The position numbers and the translations under genes are program-made. A stretch of DNA of 64,000 nt from a virus (taxonomy: Duplodnaviria; Caudoviricetes), in IMG/VR virus record IMGVR_UViG_3300042891_001512, positions 32,001-96,000 of that record; one strand, given 5' to 3'. Below are positions 30,454-40,477 of this stretch, one piece after another; the first letter of the stretch is position 1; every line of letters starts with the position of its first letter. The notes under the pieces are model-generated. The model made no database searches and had not been told where the DNA came from. It saw nothing but the letters and a program-made list of their open reading frames with translations.

Positions 30454-31066
30454 TTCAGCATACGATATTGAGCTATTGTCAATCGACGGCTCATATGACA
30501 TTATGGGGTCAATGAAGGGCAAATTAACTCTTGTAACAAATATAGCTTCAAAATTAGGCTATGATCCTAAGTGTAGTGTAACTTTTTCTTACGCAAGAAC
30601 TTGTAAATATTTATGGGAACTTGAATTCATTTATCAAAAATATAAAGATCAAGGCTTTAGCGTCGTTGGTATACCATGTAATCAATTTGGGAAACAAGAG
30701 CCAAAAGAGAATAACGAAATAGAAGCTTTTATCAAAGAAGCTTATCCTTTTGTAAGTTTTCCTATTTCTCAAAAAATAGAAGTTAACGGCAAAAATGAAC
30801 ATCCGCTTTATTCTTTTTTAAAGGGACCAGAAAAAAGAGGATATTCAGACACTACCGCAGACAGCAGCGATGCAGCTATTGAAGGACAGAATTTAGTTGG
30901 TCAGGCAATAGCAAGAATTCCACATAGCTACGAAAAATTCTTATTAAGCCCTCAAGGAATGTTTATTACTAGATTTAATTGGCAAGATGGACCACTAGAT
31001 GAGGAGCCTAGAGTTATGGGCGCTGGTTGGACCATTATGGAAGCAATAGAGGAGATGCTAGGATGA
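30446..31066 (+). CDS. Glutathione peroxidase-like protein
   Basis: KGK..LVTNIASK, GIPCNQFGKQEP, KIEVNG..EHPLY.FLK, EKFL. Confidence 0.8.
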   Translation: MNNSAYDIELLSIDGSYDIMGSMKGKLTLVTNIASKLGYDPKCSVTFSYARTCKYLWELEFIYQKYKDQGFSVVGIPCNQFGKQEPKENNEIEAFIKEAYPFVSFPISQKIEVNGKNEHPLYSFLKGPEKRGYSDTTADSSDAAIEGQNLVGQAIARIPHSYEKFLLSPQGMFITRFNWQDGPLDEEPRVMGAGWTIMEAIEEMLG

Positions 31067-32160
31067 GCTACAATATAGAGTCAGAAAATTCCCAAATTAG
31101 AGATGTAGCGTTCCCCTCTAGCCCACCCCTTAATGAGGACACTGTAAAAGAAATATCCACAATTGAATGCGAAATTCTTGGCCCAGGTGTCGTGGTTTTT
31201 AGAAACGCTTTTCAGATAGATCAGGACGCAGTGCTAACGCATATTGATTCTAATGCAGAAGAAGCGCATAAAACCCGATGGGAATATGTTGAGGTTGATG
31301 GCGTAAAAATGGGCATCAATGAAGATGGCTTTAGGTATAGGATGGAAGACGTACCAGCAGCACCGATAAGATTGCTTGACCCGGTAAACGAATCTACGCC
31401 TAAAGAAGTAGAAGAGTTTCTATACACTTTGGAAGACCAAATATACAAGTGTCTGATAAAGTACATAGACCACTACCCCCTGATGCTTGGTAGCATATGG
31501 TGGAAGACAAGAGGCCATATATTACGCTATGGAGATGGTGGAAGACTTGGTTGTCACGCAGATAATGATACTAATTATAAGGTGACAAAAGGCGTTAGGT
31601 ATATGCCAAAGGGTATGGTCGCATCAAGACAAACATGCGGTGCTTTAATTTACCTAAATGATTGCGTAGATTCTGAAGAAGAATTAAATGGAAGAAATTT
31701 TACAGGCGGACATCTTAGGTTTGTTCATTTGGGAATTTCTTATAAGCCAAGAAAAGGTGACATAATATTCTTCCCAACAAATTACGTCGCGTCCCACGAT
31801 GTAGAAACTATGGGTAAGGGTGTTAGATATAGTTATTTAACTTTTTTTGGTCAAGGCGCAAATGATAAGAGCGCAAATATTATGATAGTTGAACCAGATG
31901 AAAGTTTCCAATGGTGTCCTCCTGTTTGGTTGAATAATATATATGATGATTATGAAATGTATTGCAAATCTCCATATTCTATTTTTTCTGATCCAGGAAA
32001 AAACAATGTAGAAGTTGGTTGGAACCCAGTTTACCAAGGAAGAGAAGTCGCACAGTACAGCACATCACACGATGCGGTTGAGGTTGAAGAAGCTAAAGCT
32101 GATACTGTATCCGAAGATCTACCAGAAGGACCATGCGGTACTGAAGCTGTAAGAATCTAA
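31063..32160 (+). CDS. 2OG-Fe(II) oxygenase
   Basis: WWKTRGHILRY...HAD...YLND...GG...FPTNYVASH...RY. Confidence 0.8.
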   Translation: MSYNIESENSQIRDVAFPSSPPLNEDTVKEISTIECEILGPGVVVFRNAFQIDQDAVLTHIDSNAEEAHKTRWEYVEVDGVKMGINEDGFRYRMEDVPAAPIRLLDPVNESTPKEVEEFLYTLEDQIYKCLIKYIDHYPLMLGSIWWKTRGHILRYGDGGRLGCHADNDTNYKVTKGVRYMPKGMVASRQTCGALIYLNDCVDSEEELNGRNFTGGHLRFVHLGISYKPRKGDIIFFPTNYVASHDVETMGKGVRYSYLTFFGQGANDKSANIMIVEPDESFQWCPPVWLNNIYDDYEMYCKSPYSIFSDPGKNNVEVGWNPVYQGREVAQYSTSHDAVEVEEAKADTVSEDLPEGPCGTEAVRI

Positions 32161-32164
32161 TATT

Positions 32165-33079
32165 ATGAAAATAGAAAAATTAGGAACTGGAATTGTCCTA
32201 TTCCAAAATGTTATCAACATGGAAGAATACCCTGAGATAATACCTTTCATAAAATCATTAAAGCAAAAGGCAGTAGAAGAAGATTATACGATAATTAAAA
32301 ATGAACGCAATGAAAGTGTATATGCCATAAATAGAAGTGGGCATAGATATGCAATAGAGGATATAGAAAAAAGCTCTAGCCACATTATGAATTTTTTAGA
32401 TAATAATGATTCTGATAAAATAGAATTGTTTTTTATTGAATGCGAAAGAGCTTTTAGGCAGTGCCTTCTTCAATACCTTGAGATATATCCGATGGCTCTT
32501 CCAAGTATATGGTGGAGAACTCAGGGGCATATATTAGCATATGGCCCAGGGAGCGACATGGGTCTCCATAGCGACAATGATGTTAACTACCAGCCTGGAT
32601 TTGAACCAGATCTTCAAGTGGCGACTAGAAGTGTTTTGGGGTCTATCTTGTATTTTAATACATCTGTAGATTCAAAAGAAGAGATTATAAAAGATGAATA
32701 TCTTGGCGGACATATAGTGTTCCCGTATTGTGATGTTGATTATTCTCCAAAAGCAGGAGATTTACTAATGTTTCCATCTAACTTCATTGCCTCACACGAG
32801 GTTAAGGAATGTTATGAAGGTGGAAGATATGCCTATATTGGTTATTATTCTCATGGTTCGGAGCATATAGAAAGAGGCATACAATTAATTAATGGGGATC
32901 TACCTGTTGGAAAACAGGGTCAAATATGGATGCCAGAGATAGTTGAAGAATATAAAGAATATATATACAATAAATACCCTGATAAGCCTGAAGATTTTTA
33001 TGGCGATTTGCTCCAGGCAACCAAAAGAATGTATAATAGCGCTAATACACTAAAGGAAGTAAACCATGAAATTCAATGA
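32165..33079 (+). CDS. 2OG-Fe(II) oxygenase
   Basis: WWRTQGHILAY...HSD...FPSNFIASHEV...RY. Confidence 0.8.
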   Translation: MKIEKLGTGIVLFQNVINMEEYPEIIPFIKSLKQKAVEEDYTIIKNERNESVYAINRSGHRYAIEDIEKSSSHIMNFLDNNDSDKIELFFIECERAFRQCLLQYLEIYPMALPSIWWRTQGHILAYGPGSDMGLHSDNDVNYQPGFEPDLQVATRSVLGSILYFNTSVDSKEEIIKDEYLGGHIVFPYCDVDYSPKAGDLLMFPSNFIASHEVKECYEGGRYAYIGYYSHGSEHIERGIQLINGDLPVGKQGQIWMPEIVEEYKEYIYNKYPDKPEDFYGDLLQATKRMYNSANTLKEVNHEIQ

Positions 33080-33947
33080 CGTTGATGCAAAGCATCTGGG
33101 TGGCGGTGTAGTTTTATTTGAATCAGCAATCGATATTGATTGGGATTACATTAGAGGGTTTAGTAGAGACGCTATTAATAAAGAAAAAGAAGAAATGTAT
33201 GTCCCCGCTGTAGATCCAGAAACCGGCGATGAAATCTACCTTAATAAAAGTGGGTACTTTTTTGGCAAAGATAGTATTGACCAAATGCCAGGAAGAGGAT
33301 CAGCGATACATAGATATAGTGACGAAAAGATAAAAGAAATATTTGATTTTGTAGAAGAATCAAAAGATAAGTATTTGCTCAAGTATTTTGAACTGTTCCC
33401 TTTGGCATTTAAATGCGTATGGTGGAAGGTTAAAGGACACATAGTTCAGTACAAGAAGGATGTTTATTTGGGCAGCCATTCCGATGTTAGTGCAGATTAC
33501 ATATATGACGTTTGGACACCTAAAGACCAACTCGCGACTAGAAATACAATAAGCAATGTATTCTACTTAACCTCTTGCGTTGACACTGTAGAGGAGTTAG
33601 ATGGCACAAATTTTGTTGGAGGCCATCATTATTTTAATTATTTAGATATAAATGTAAAACCAAAAAAAGGTGATCTATTGATGTTCCCTTCTAATTTTAT
33701 GGCAGCACATGAAGTCAAGCCAGTAGAGGATGGAGAAAGATACTCTTATCTTGGCTGGTACAGCCATGGAACCCCAAATAGTGAGGTTGGGGAATCAGTT
33801 GTTGACCCAGGAAAAGAGCTAGAACTAGCAAAAAATGCCACCAACCTCTACATGCCTACCCTGGTTTCTGACTATAGAAGCTACCTTTTATCAAAGGGTT
33901 ATGATGAATCGTCCGAGCAGTTTATGTTAACAAGATCGAATTATTAA
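33066..33947 (+). CDS. 2OG-Fe(II) oxygenase
   Basis: WWKVKGHIVQY...HSD...FPSNFMAAHEV...GERY. Confidence 0.8.
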   Translation: MKFNDVDAKHLGGGVVLFESAIDIDWDYIRGFSRDAINKEKEEMYVPAVDPETGDEIYLNKSGYFFGKDSIDQMPGRGSAIHRYSDEKIKEIFDFVEESKDKYLLKYFELFPLAFKCVWWKVKGHIVQYKKDVYLGSHSDVSADYIYDVWTPKDQLATRNTISNVFYLTSCVDTVEELDGTNFVGGHHYFNYLDINVKPKKGDLLMFPSNFMAAHEVKPVEDGERYSYLGWYSHGTPNSEVGESVVDPGKELELAKNATNLYMPTLVSDYRSYLLSKGYDESSEQFMLTRSNY

Positions 33948-33948
33948 T

Positions 33949-34746
33949 ATGTTAAAAAAAGATTTTAAAATAGAAGATAAAGGTTCCGGGCTATGTGTAA
34001 TGACAAACGCATTTGATATTGATCAAGACATGCTTTTTGAATATATAAACTGGCTTAAGCAGGAAGAGGAAGACACCTTTACTTATTTGGAAGAAAATGG
34101 CAAAAAGTACGCTATTAACAGAACTGGTTTTAAGTTTGATTTATCAGAAGTAAGAGAGGCGCCAGAAAGATTCGTTGATCCGCTATGCAGAATGTCGAGC
34201 AGAAAGCCAACCGCCGAACAATGCAAATTAATATATGATTTAGAGGATTTAATTTACGAGGCTTTGGTTGAATATGTAAAGATATATGACGTAGCTGCAA
34301 CAGTTTGTTGGTGGAGAAGCCCTGGTCACATAGCTACTTATTCGGACGGTCAAAAAATTGGTCCTCATTGTGATGATCAAATTCCATGGGAATATGGTGT
34401 AGCTCCAAGAAATGAGTATCCAAAGCACAGTAAGGTAAGTATAAACATATACTTAAATGATGGCGTGGATTCTGAGGAAGAATTAAATGGAAGAAATTTC
34501 TTGGGCGGAGACATAATATTTAAATACGCGAAGTATAGACATAAGCCAAAAACTGGTAGTATAACTATATATCCAACTAACTATGTTGGCACACACGAGG
34601 TTGAATCAGTTACCGCTGGGAAAAGAATAGCCTACCTTGGAGCACTTCTTTATGGGACTCCGGCTAATGCTAGCCCCGTTCCAGAGGTTGGAGAAGAGAG
34701 AATATGGCTACAAAATCTAAGAAAAGATGCTGGGCTAATGCATTAA
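33949..34746 (+). CDS. 2OG-Fe(II) oxygenase
   Basis: WWRSPGHIATY...HCD...YPTNYVGTHEV...GKR. Confidence 0.8.
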   Translation: MLKKDFKIEDKGSGLCVMTNAFDIDQDMLFEYINWLKQEEEDTFTYLEENGKKYAINRTGFKFDLSEVREAPERFVDPLCRMSSRKPTAEQCKLIYDLEDLIYEALVEYVKIYDVAATVCWWRSPGHIATYSDGQKIGPHCDDQIPWEYGVAPRNEYPKHSKVSINIYLNDGVDSEEELNGRNFLGGDIIFKYAKYRHKPKTGSITIYPTNYVGTHEVESVTAGKRIAYLGALLYGTPANASPVPEVGEERIWLQNLRKDAGLMH

Positions 34747-34791
34747 TCATTATTACTATTGTCCTATAGGATACTTAAGTATTGGGATAAT

Positions 34792-35079
34792 ATGATTTAT
34801 AATGAGGCAATAACCTACGATAGCCCTAATGTGTCTTATAACGGCACGTTAATAATTTATGCAAATAGCTTAATAAATCCAATTGTATTAAACAATATAA
34901 CTATATTTTATGCATCAAACGAAGATTATTCAAATTTAACAACAATTGGCGTTATAAGCATGGATATAAGTCCTCAGGGAATTGTTTCTGTAGAAGTTTT
35001 AGATAAAGACGTATCCGCCATATTGTCAGCTCAGGTAATATCGGTTGGTACACCAGGAGAAATATCTATAGTTAGTTAA
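34792..35079 (+). CDS. Hypothetical (probably virion) protein
   Basis: ATG 34792 lies 39 nt after TTACTAT (34753). Confidence 0.55.
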   Translation: MIYNEAITYDSPNVSYNGTLIIYANSLINPIVLNNITIFYASNEDYSNLTTIGVISMDISPQGIVSVEVLDKDVSAILSAQVISVGTPGEISIVS

Positions 35080-35124
35080 ACTAGGCTACTATAATTAAAA
35101 AATGCAAGGTTTATTGGAGAAAAA

Positions 35125-36024
35125 ATGACTACCAGCAGTGTACTTGTTAATGATACTGTAAGAATAAAGGTAAAATTTGTTGACGTCAACAATGTTACTG
35201 GAGCACAAATATTGGTTACCCCTACCTCTGTTTTGGTTACGATCTACAAGTCAGACAATACACAAATTATTTCAACGACAGCAACAGCTCTTACTAGCTC
35301 AGAATACTATTATGATTTTACCCCCACAATTGCTGACACGTATAAAATAGTTTTTGTAGGCAATATACCTGGTGGAAGTTCCATAACTGTTAACCAACAG
35401 CTTTATGTCAGCACATCTACAGACACATATAAGCCTGTTATAACATTAAAGGCAGATGAAATAATTACCTTTGCAGCAGATGTTGACCCAATTTATTTAA
35501 ACCCAGAAGAAATGCAAGCATACTTTCCGGAAGCATCTCTGCTTGAAATAGGAGAAATAATTCATTACCATTCAATGGAGGTAAGAGATATCTATGGATT
35601 TAATGATTCAAATCCAGCATCTGGGATAAACTATACTAGCTTAGAATACATAAAGGCAGCAACAGCTTGCGACCTCAGCAGAACTTATAGTTATGGCGGA
35701 GATGACGACGTTTCTGTGCAGTTGGGCGACCTAACCGTTACGGCAAGAAACCTGCCAAGGACAAATATAAGCAGAGGCAATGCAGTCACCTGGTGCCAAA
35801 TTGCAGCGGCGTTAAGAAAAGAAATGTTGGCTGGCACAACGGGGGCAAGAGGCTTCCAGCCAAAAGGTCTACCTACAATGCCAGTTGTAAATTCTGGAAA
35901 CTATATAGATCCAGATACTGGAAGAGTAACTTACTTGACAGAAAGAGATCTTTACGGGGCAAGTAGAAAGAGAGAACTATCCTACGACCCAATGCCTAAG
36001 AGAGGCTTGCGTAATTATGATTAA
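35125..36024 (+). CDS. Head-tail adaptor/neck-like protein with N-terminal Ig-like domain
   Basis: Position before tail genes; helical region then SVQLGDLTV; CTACTAT 39 nt upstream. Confidence 0.5.
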   Translation: MTTSSVLVNDTVRIKVKFVDVNNVTGAQILVTPTSVLVTIYKSDNTQIISTTATALTSSEYYYDFTPTIADTYKIVFVGNIPGGSSITVNQQLYVSTSTDTYKPVITLKADEIITFAADVDPIYLNPEEMQAYFPEASLLEIGEIIHYHSMEVRDIYGFNDSNPASGINYTSLEYIKAATACDLSRTYSYGGDDDVSVQLGDLTVTARNLPRTNISRGNAVTWCQIAAALRKEMLAGTTGARGFQPKGLPTMPVVNSGNYIDPDTGRVTYLTERDLYGASRKRELSYDPMPKRGLRNYD

Positions 36025-36391
36025 TCTTGAAAAATCATTTATAAACATTTTAAAAAAATGGGGTTATGATGTTTTTATACAAAGAAAAAAAGCTAATGGC
36101 AATTACGAAGATAACCTCCAGCAAGTAACCACGAGAAGCGTTTTCCCAAAAGGAAGATTTGAAGCCAAATCAGCTAGCGAAGAAGACGAGGGGATAGTCG
36201 TTAATTCTGATGTAGTTTATTACTTTGAAGGCTCCGTTAATCCAGGGGAGGGTGATAGAATCTACGAGATGATCCCCAATGTTGCGAACAAGCACACTAT
36301 ATATGTGATAGATACAAGTGCCCCGATAAGAGGCAAGGGCGGAAAAATAGTTTACTGGACAGTTGGAGCAACTAGAGAAAAACAGGTTTAA
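36017..36391 (+). CDS. Head closure / neck protein
   Basis: 124 aa; YYFE..VNP.EGDRIYE; synteny. Confidence 0.45.
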   Translation: MINLEKSFINILKKWGYDVFIQRKKANGNYEDNLQQVTTRSVFPKGRFEAKSASEEDEGIVVNSDVVYYFEGSVNPGEGDRIYEMIPNVANKHTIYVIDTSAPIRGKGGKIVYWTVGATREKQV

Positions 36392-36392
36392 A

Positions 36393-38267
36393 GTGTTAAT
36401 AGTAAAAAAAAATCAACGATTAAAATTTAGATTTACATTTGTCGGTGATGCTAGGTCGACTTCAACTACATCAACTAATTCTAAAAATATTTCATTTAAA
36501 CAAATATTAAACAACAAAGCAACAATAACTACAGTTGTTAATCACGATTTTCAAGTTGGACAAGCAGTTACAATTGCTGGAGTAGATTCAAAATTTAATG
36601 GATTACATACAATAGAGGAAGTAACTAACAATACATTTAGTTATAGAACAGTGGAATCAAATGTTAGCGTCGTTGTTTCTCCCGGCACAGCTTCTGTTAC
36701 CTCTGCCCTATTGAACGGCGGTTTATCCTATGATCCAATAGCAAATGGCTCAGACGTTACGGTCAGTGTGTATAGGGGTCTTGACCAATCAGGTGCAATT
36801 ATAGGAGTTCCTATATCTTATAGATATACAAACTCCACTACAAGCCCTGATGCCTACATAGAGCGAAATGGAACAACTGAGTTTGTTTTTAATTATAGAA
36901 TTCCAGAAAATATAGAAGCAAAAAATTCTTTATTCAGCGGCACTTACACCATTGTAGCTAGAACCTACATCGACGGAAACTTATTGAGTTCAACAGTTCA
37001 ATTCGAATTAAAAGATAGTTTATATGATTTAGTATCAGGTGTTGGTCAAGGAAATAAATCTGCAACAATAACTTATAAACCGTCTTATGATGACCTGAAT
37101 CAAACTAATATGCAGTCAATATTATTAATAGGCCACGCAGATGGACTAGAATTAAATAATCCAGTAAAGATAAATTCAGTACAAAACGCAATAGATCTTT
37201 TATCTGGAAACAAAAATAGCCCTCTACTTAGGGGTGTATTAGATGCATATGGCGCAGGCGCAAGAAACATATTTATATGCGCGGCAGCCCCGATGTCGGA
37301 ATATGTTTTAAGCGTAGAAGATAGAAACAAAGCTTATGCGGTTTTTAATGGACAAACTCTTAAAACTTTCTATGAAAAATATTATGAAAGATTGATTGAA
37401 ACATATGGTATTATAAAACAATTAGACTATATAGATATAATTGTTCCACTAGAAGCTTCTATAATAAAAACTGGTGGAGTAGATTTCTTGTCACAACTCG
37501 TGCACTATTGCAATGATTTCCACAATGAAACTGGGTATGTGCAAATTGGCGTTATAGGCAGTAGGGGGAATGGAATAAGTTCATCCGATATTGAGTTGAT
37601 TCAAAATAGCAAATATCTTAGATACAAATATACTACATTTATTAACACTACCTCTAGCACGCAAATTGCTTCTGACATAGGAAGATACGTTGTGCCAGTA
37701 TATGGGGAGGCTGTGTTCTCTCACCTGCAAATAGACAACACCTACACCGCTTCAGTTGCAGCAGCTGTTGCTGGGATGATAGCCCAGTCTCAATTAAATA
37801 TGGGCTTAACAAGAAAAAGAATTCCAGGGGCTTTATCTTTGTACGGTGTAGACTTAAATTCTACTCAATTAAATACACTTGACTCAATGGGCATAAACAC
37901 AATATATAGAGGGACTAAAGCACGTAGGGGTAATGTATACGAAGTATACCTGACTAGTGATTACACCCTTTCAAATGTTAATTCTGTGTTTTCGAAACTT
38001 CCGCAAATGAGGTTAACTTCATATGTAGCTAGCCAAGTCAAAGCGTACGGCTATGATTACATAGGAAAATTTGGGCATGACAAGGTTGTAACTAGTGTTA
38101 CTAATATGTTGTCAACATTAAAGAAAAATGGTTCAATTGTTGACTATGAATTTAAGGCAGAACAATCTGAACAGGAACAAGGTTTATTAATATTAAATAT
38201 TAATTTAACTTCTTCTTTAGGTTTGAAGAAAATTAACCTTTCTTTATCAGCAGGACCGGCGGCTTAA
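36393..38267 (+). CDS. Tail-sheath-like protein with extra N-terminal domains
   Basis: Likely GTG 36393; C-terminal AAAVAG...LDSMGIN...YIGK...IVDYEF matches sheath C-terminal architecture and paralogue 39142. Confidence 0.6.
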   Translation: MLIVKKNQRLKFRFTFVGDARSTSTTSTNSKNISFKQILNNKATITTVVNHDFQVGQAVTIAGVDSKFNGLHTIEEVTNNTFSYRTVESNVSVVVSPGTASVTSALLNGGLSYDPIANGSDVTVSVYRGLDQSGAIIGVPISYRYTNSTTSPDAYIERNGTTEFVFNYRIPENIEAKNSLFSGTYTIVARTYIDGNLLSSTVQFELKDSLYDLVSGVGQGNKSATITYKPSYDDLNQTNMQSILLIGHADGLELNNPVKINSVQNAIDLLSGNKNSPLLRGVLDAYGAGARNIFICAAAPMSEYVLSVEDRNKAYAVFNGQTLKTFYEKYYERLIETYGIIKQLDYIDIIVPLEASIIKTGGVDFLSQLVHYCNDFHNETGYVQIGVIGSRGNGISSSDIELIQNSKYLRYKYTTFINTTSSTQIASDIGRYVVPVYGEAVFSHLQIDNTYTASVAAAVAGMIAQSQLNMGLTRKRIPGALSLYGVDLNSTQLNTLDSMGINTIYRGTKARRGNVYEVYLTSDYTLSNVNSVFSKLPQMRLTSYVASQVKAYGYDYIGKFGHDKVVTSVTNMLSTLKKNGSIVDYEFKAEQSEQEQGLLILNINLTSSLGLKKINLSLSAGPAA

Positions 38268-38268
38268 G

Positions 38269-39039
38269 ATGGCACAATTACCGATCAGCATGCCAAAGCT
38301 TGGCTTGGCAGATGCGATGGATAAATCGCGTTTTGCAAACATACTCCAGTCTGATGGGAATTTAAGTTACCTAGAATTTATATCAGCTGTAAAATCTTTA
38401 TGGGAAGAAAGCTTTCCGAACTATCCGATCAAGGCAACGTCAAATGGGGATAATTCTTTTACCTGGTTTAACCCAGCAACTCAAGAATACGATACCACAG
38501 ATGCAATAATAGTGTATTCTTTAGAATTAAGAAAAGCTCATTCGGTTGAACCTAAACCTAGAATGAGACAAATAACAAATAATAATGTTTACGTTTATGG
38601 GCAAAGGTTCCAGAACGTTGTTGCATTTACGGCTATGTCTCCGGTCGGAAAAAGATCAGGGTCAGATTCAAATTCTGTTTCTGATGATCAAGACAATTCT
38701 TATTTGGTTGAATCTTTAATAGAATCTTTTGAAGACTTTATGTTGGAGTATACCCCAATCTTTAAAAAAATAGGTGCTTCAGAATTAGTGTACTCAAGAA
38801 GACTTTCAGATTCAGAAGTAAATAGAGATTCTAAAGACGTTCACAAGAGAACGGTCACCTACATGCTCACCACAGAAAAGGTCTTTGCAGCACAAGCTAA
38901 TACGATAGAAAAGATAGCTATAGATGTAAGACAGTTTATGGCCTATGAGCCAGAATTCTTAGCCGCAGCAACTCCAAATTATGAAGATATAAACATTAAC
39001 CTTATAGACTTAGAGAATACTGCTACTCCACGTCATTAA
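38269..39039 (+). CDS. Tail completion/terminator-like protein
   Basis: 256 aa between two sheath-like genes; synteny only. Confidence 0.4.
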   Translation: MAQLPISMPKLGLADAMDKSRFANILQSDGNLSYLEFISAVKSLWEESFPNYPIKATSNGDNSFTWFNPATQEYDTTDAIIVYSLELRKAHSVEPKPRMRQITNNNVYVYGQRFQNVVAFTAMSPVGKRSGSDSNSVSDDQDNSYLVESLIESFEDFMLEYTPIFKKIGASELVYSRRLSDSEVNRDSKDVHKRTVTYMLTTEKVFAAQANTIEKIAIDVRQFMAYEPEFLAAATPNYEDININLIDLENTATPRH

Positions 39040-39097
39040 AACCTGTATTAAAATTCCCATAGTTAATATATTGATAGTTATTTTTATGACTTAGTTG

Positions 39098-39104
39098 TTA
39101 CTAT
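39098..39104 (+). promoter_or_regulatory. Putative late promoter motif TTACTAT
   Basis: 44 nt upstream of ATG 39142. Confidence 0.55.
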
Positions 39105-39141
39105 ATCACAAGACTTATTCTGTCGGAGGTTCAAAGATAAC

Positions 39142-40455
39142 ATGGCTACACCGGGTGTAACAACATTAATTAGAGATCGCTTCTACAGCGTCTCAAGGCA
39201 AGATGTCCCAGCGGGACCAAGAATTGTGGCGATAGCCAAAAGAAACAAAAATGAGTTCAATCCTTCTACGGAAACAACTGCCTATAATGCTATGAACAAG
39301 GTTGCTGACCTTGACGTAGTGCAAGCTACTACAGAGAAAGATGTTATTGACGCTTTTGGTGTTGGTTCAGATCTCCATAAAGCATTTTTGGAATTGATTA
39401 CTGCAGGCGCAGAAAGAATTCACCTTGTTCCACTTCCTTATGACACGCAGTTTGACCACACAAATGGACAACTAAAAAGCGCTAGCGCAGGATTTGCTAG
39501 TTATGGCGAAGATATTTTTAACGCAGCTTTTGCAGCAGCAGAAGCTGCAATCCCAGATGTTATCATACCTTGGGGTAGAGGTGGCAATTCATCAGACTGG
39601 GATGCCACAACAGGAGCGACACCAAACGCAGAAGATTATCTTTTCCACGCAAACAACTCCAATACAACAGCAAATAACTGGGCATATAAGGTAGCAAGTA
39701 AAGTAAAAGATATTTCGGAAAATACAAACCCATGCATTGCAGTGATGGGTATAGCGCCATACGTAGCAAGTTCAAGAGAAACTTTAACACCAGCGCAAGT
39801 TTCATCACATATGTCTTCTTCTTTGGCACTCTTGCCAGACAGGAATAATGCGCTTATGAAGGCTGTTGGTTCGTATGTTTCAATTATAGCTACAGAAGTA
39901 AAACCAGTAGGATACGCTACAACAACTTCTGGTGGAACTACAGATTACGGTTATTCAAACGGAGCAGCATCGCTTGCGGCGACTATGAGTAGAACACCAT
40001 CGTACACGGGCCTAACAAACAAAGCTCTTTACAATGTTCAAGCTCTTCGTTACGCACCCACAAGAGTGCAGCAAGTAACCCTGAATGCCGCAGCAGTAAA
40101 CGCTGTTATATTGAACTTTAATAAGATTGCAGTATTCGGTGGAGCAGTAACTTACTCGGCAGCAAATTCAGACTATCTAAGACTCTCAACTAAGAGAATC
40201 GTAGATGAGGCTTCACAACTAGTTCGTCAAGTATGTCAAAAGTTCATTGGCGAACCATCAACAATACAAGTAAGAAATTCAATGGAAACAGCAATTTCTT
40301 CAGGCTTACGTGGTATGCAAGTCAAAGGTGCCTTGCTGGAGAGTGACTTCAATGTTACATATGTTCCTTCAGATAACATGGCGATTGTAGACCTCGTATT
40401 AACACCTGCGTTCGAACTTAATTCGATCCAGGTTCAAATATCCATTAACATATAA
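39142..40455 (+). CDS. Tail sheath protein
   Basis: MATPGV start; RLSTKRIVD...FIGEP...LTPAFEL..I sheath C-terminal pattern; precedes tube genes. Confidence 0.8.
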   Translation: MATPGVTTLIRDRFYSVSRQDVPAGPRIVAIAKRNKNEFNPSTETTAYNAMNKVADLDVVQATTEKDVIDAFGVGSDLHKAFLELITAGAERIHLVPLPYDTQFDHTNGQLKSASAGFASYGEDIFNAAFAAAEAAIPDVIIPWGRGGNSSDWDATTGATPNAEDYLFHANNSNTTANNWAYKVASKVKDISENTNPCIAVMGIAPYVASSRETLTPAQVSSHMSSSLALLPDRNNALMKAVGSYVSIIATEVKPVGYATTTSGGTTDYGYSNGAASLAATMSRTPSYTGLTNKALYNVQALRYAPTRVQQVTLNAAAVNAVILNFNKIAVFGGAVTYSAANSDYLRLSTKRIVDEASQLVRQVCQKFIGEPSTIQVRNSMETAISSGLRGMQVKGALLESDFNVTYVPSDNMAIVDLVLTPAFELNSIQVQISINI

Positions 40456-40477
40456 TATACCGGTTGGAGGGTAGCAA

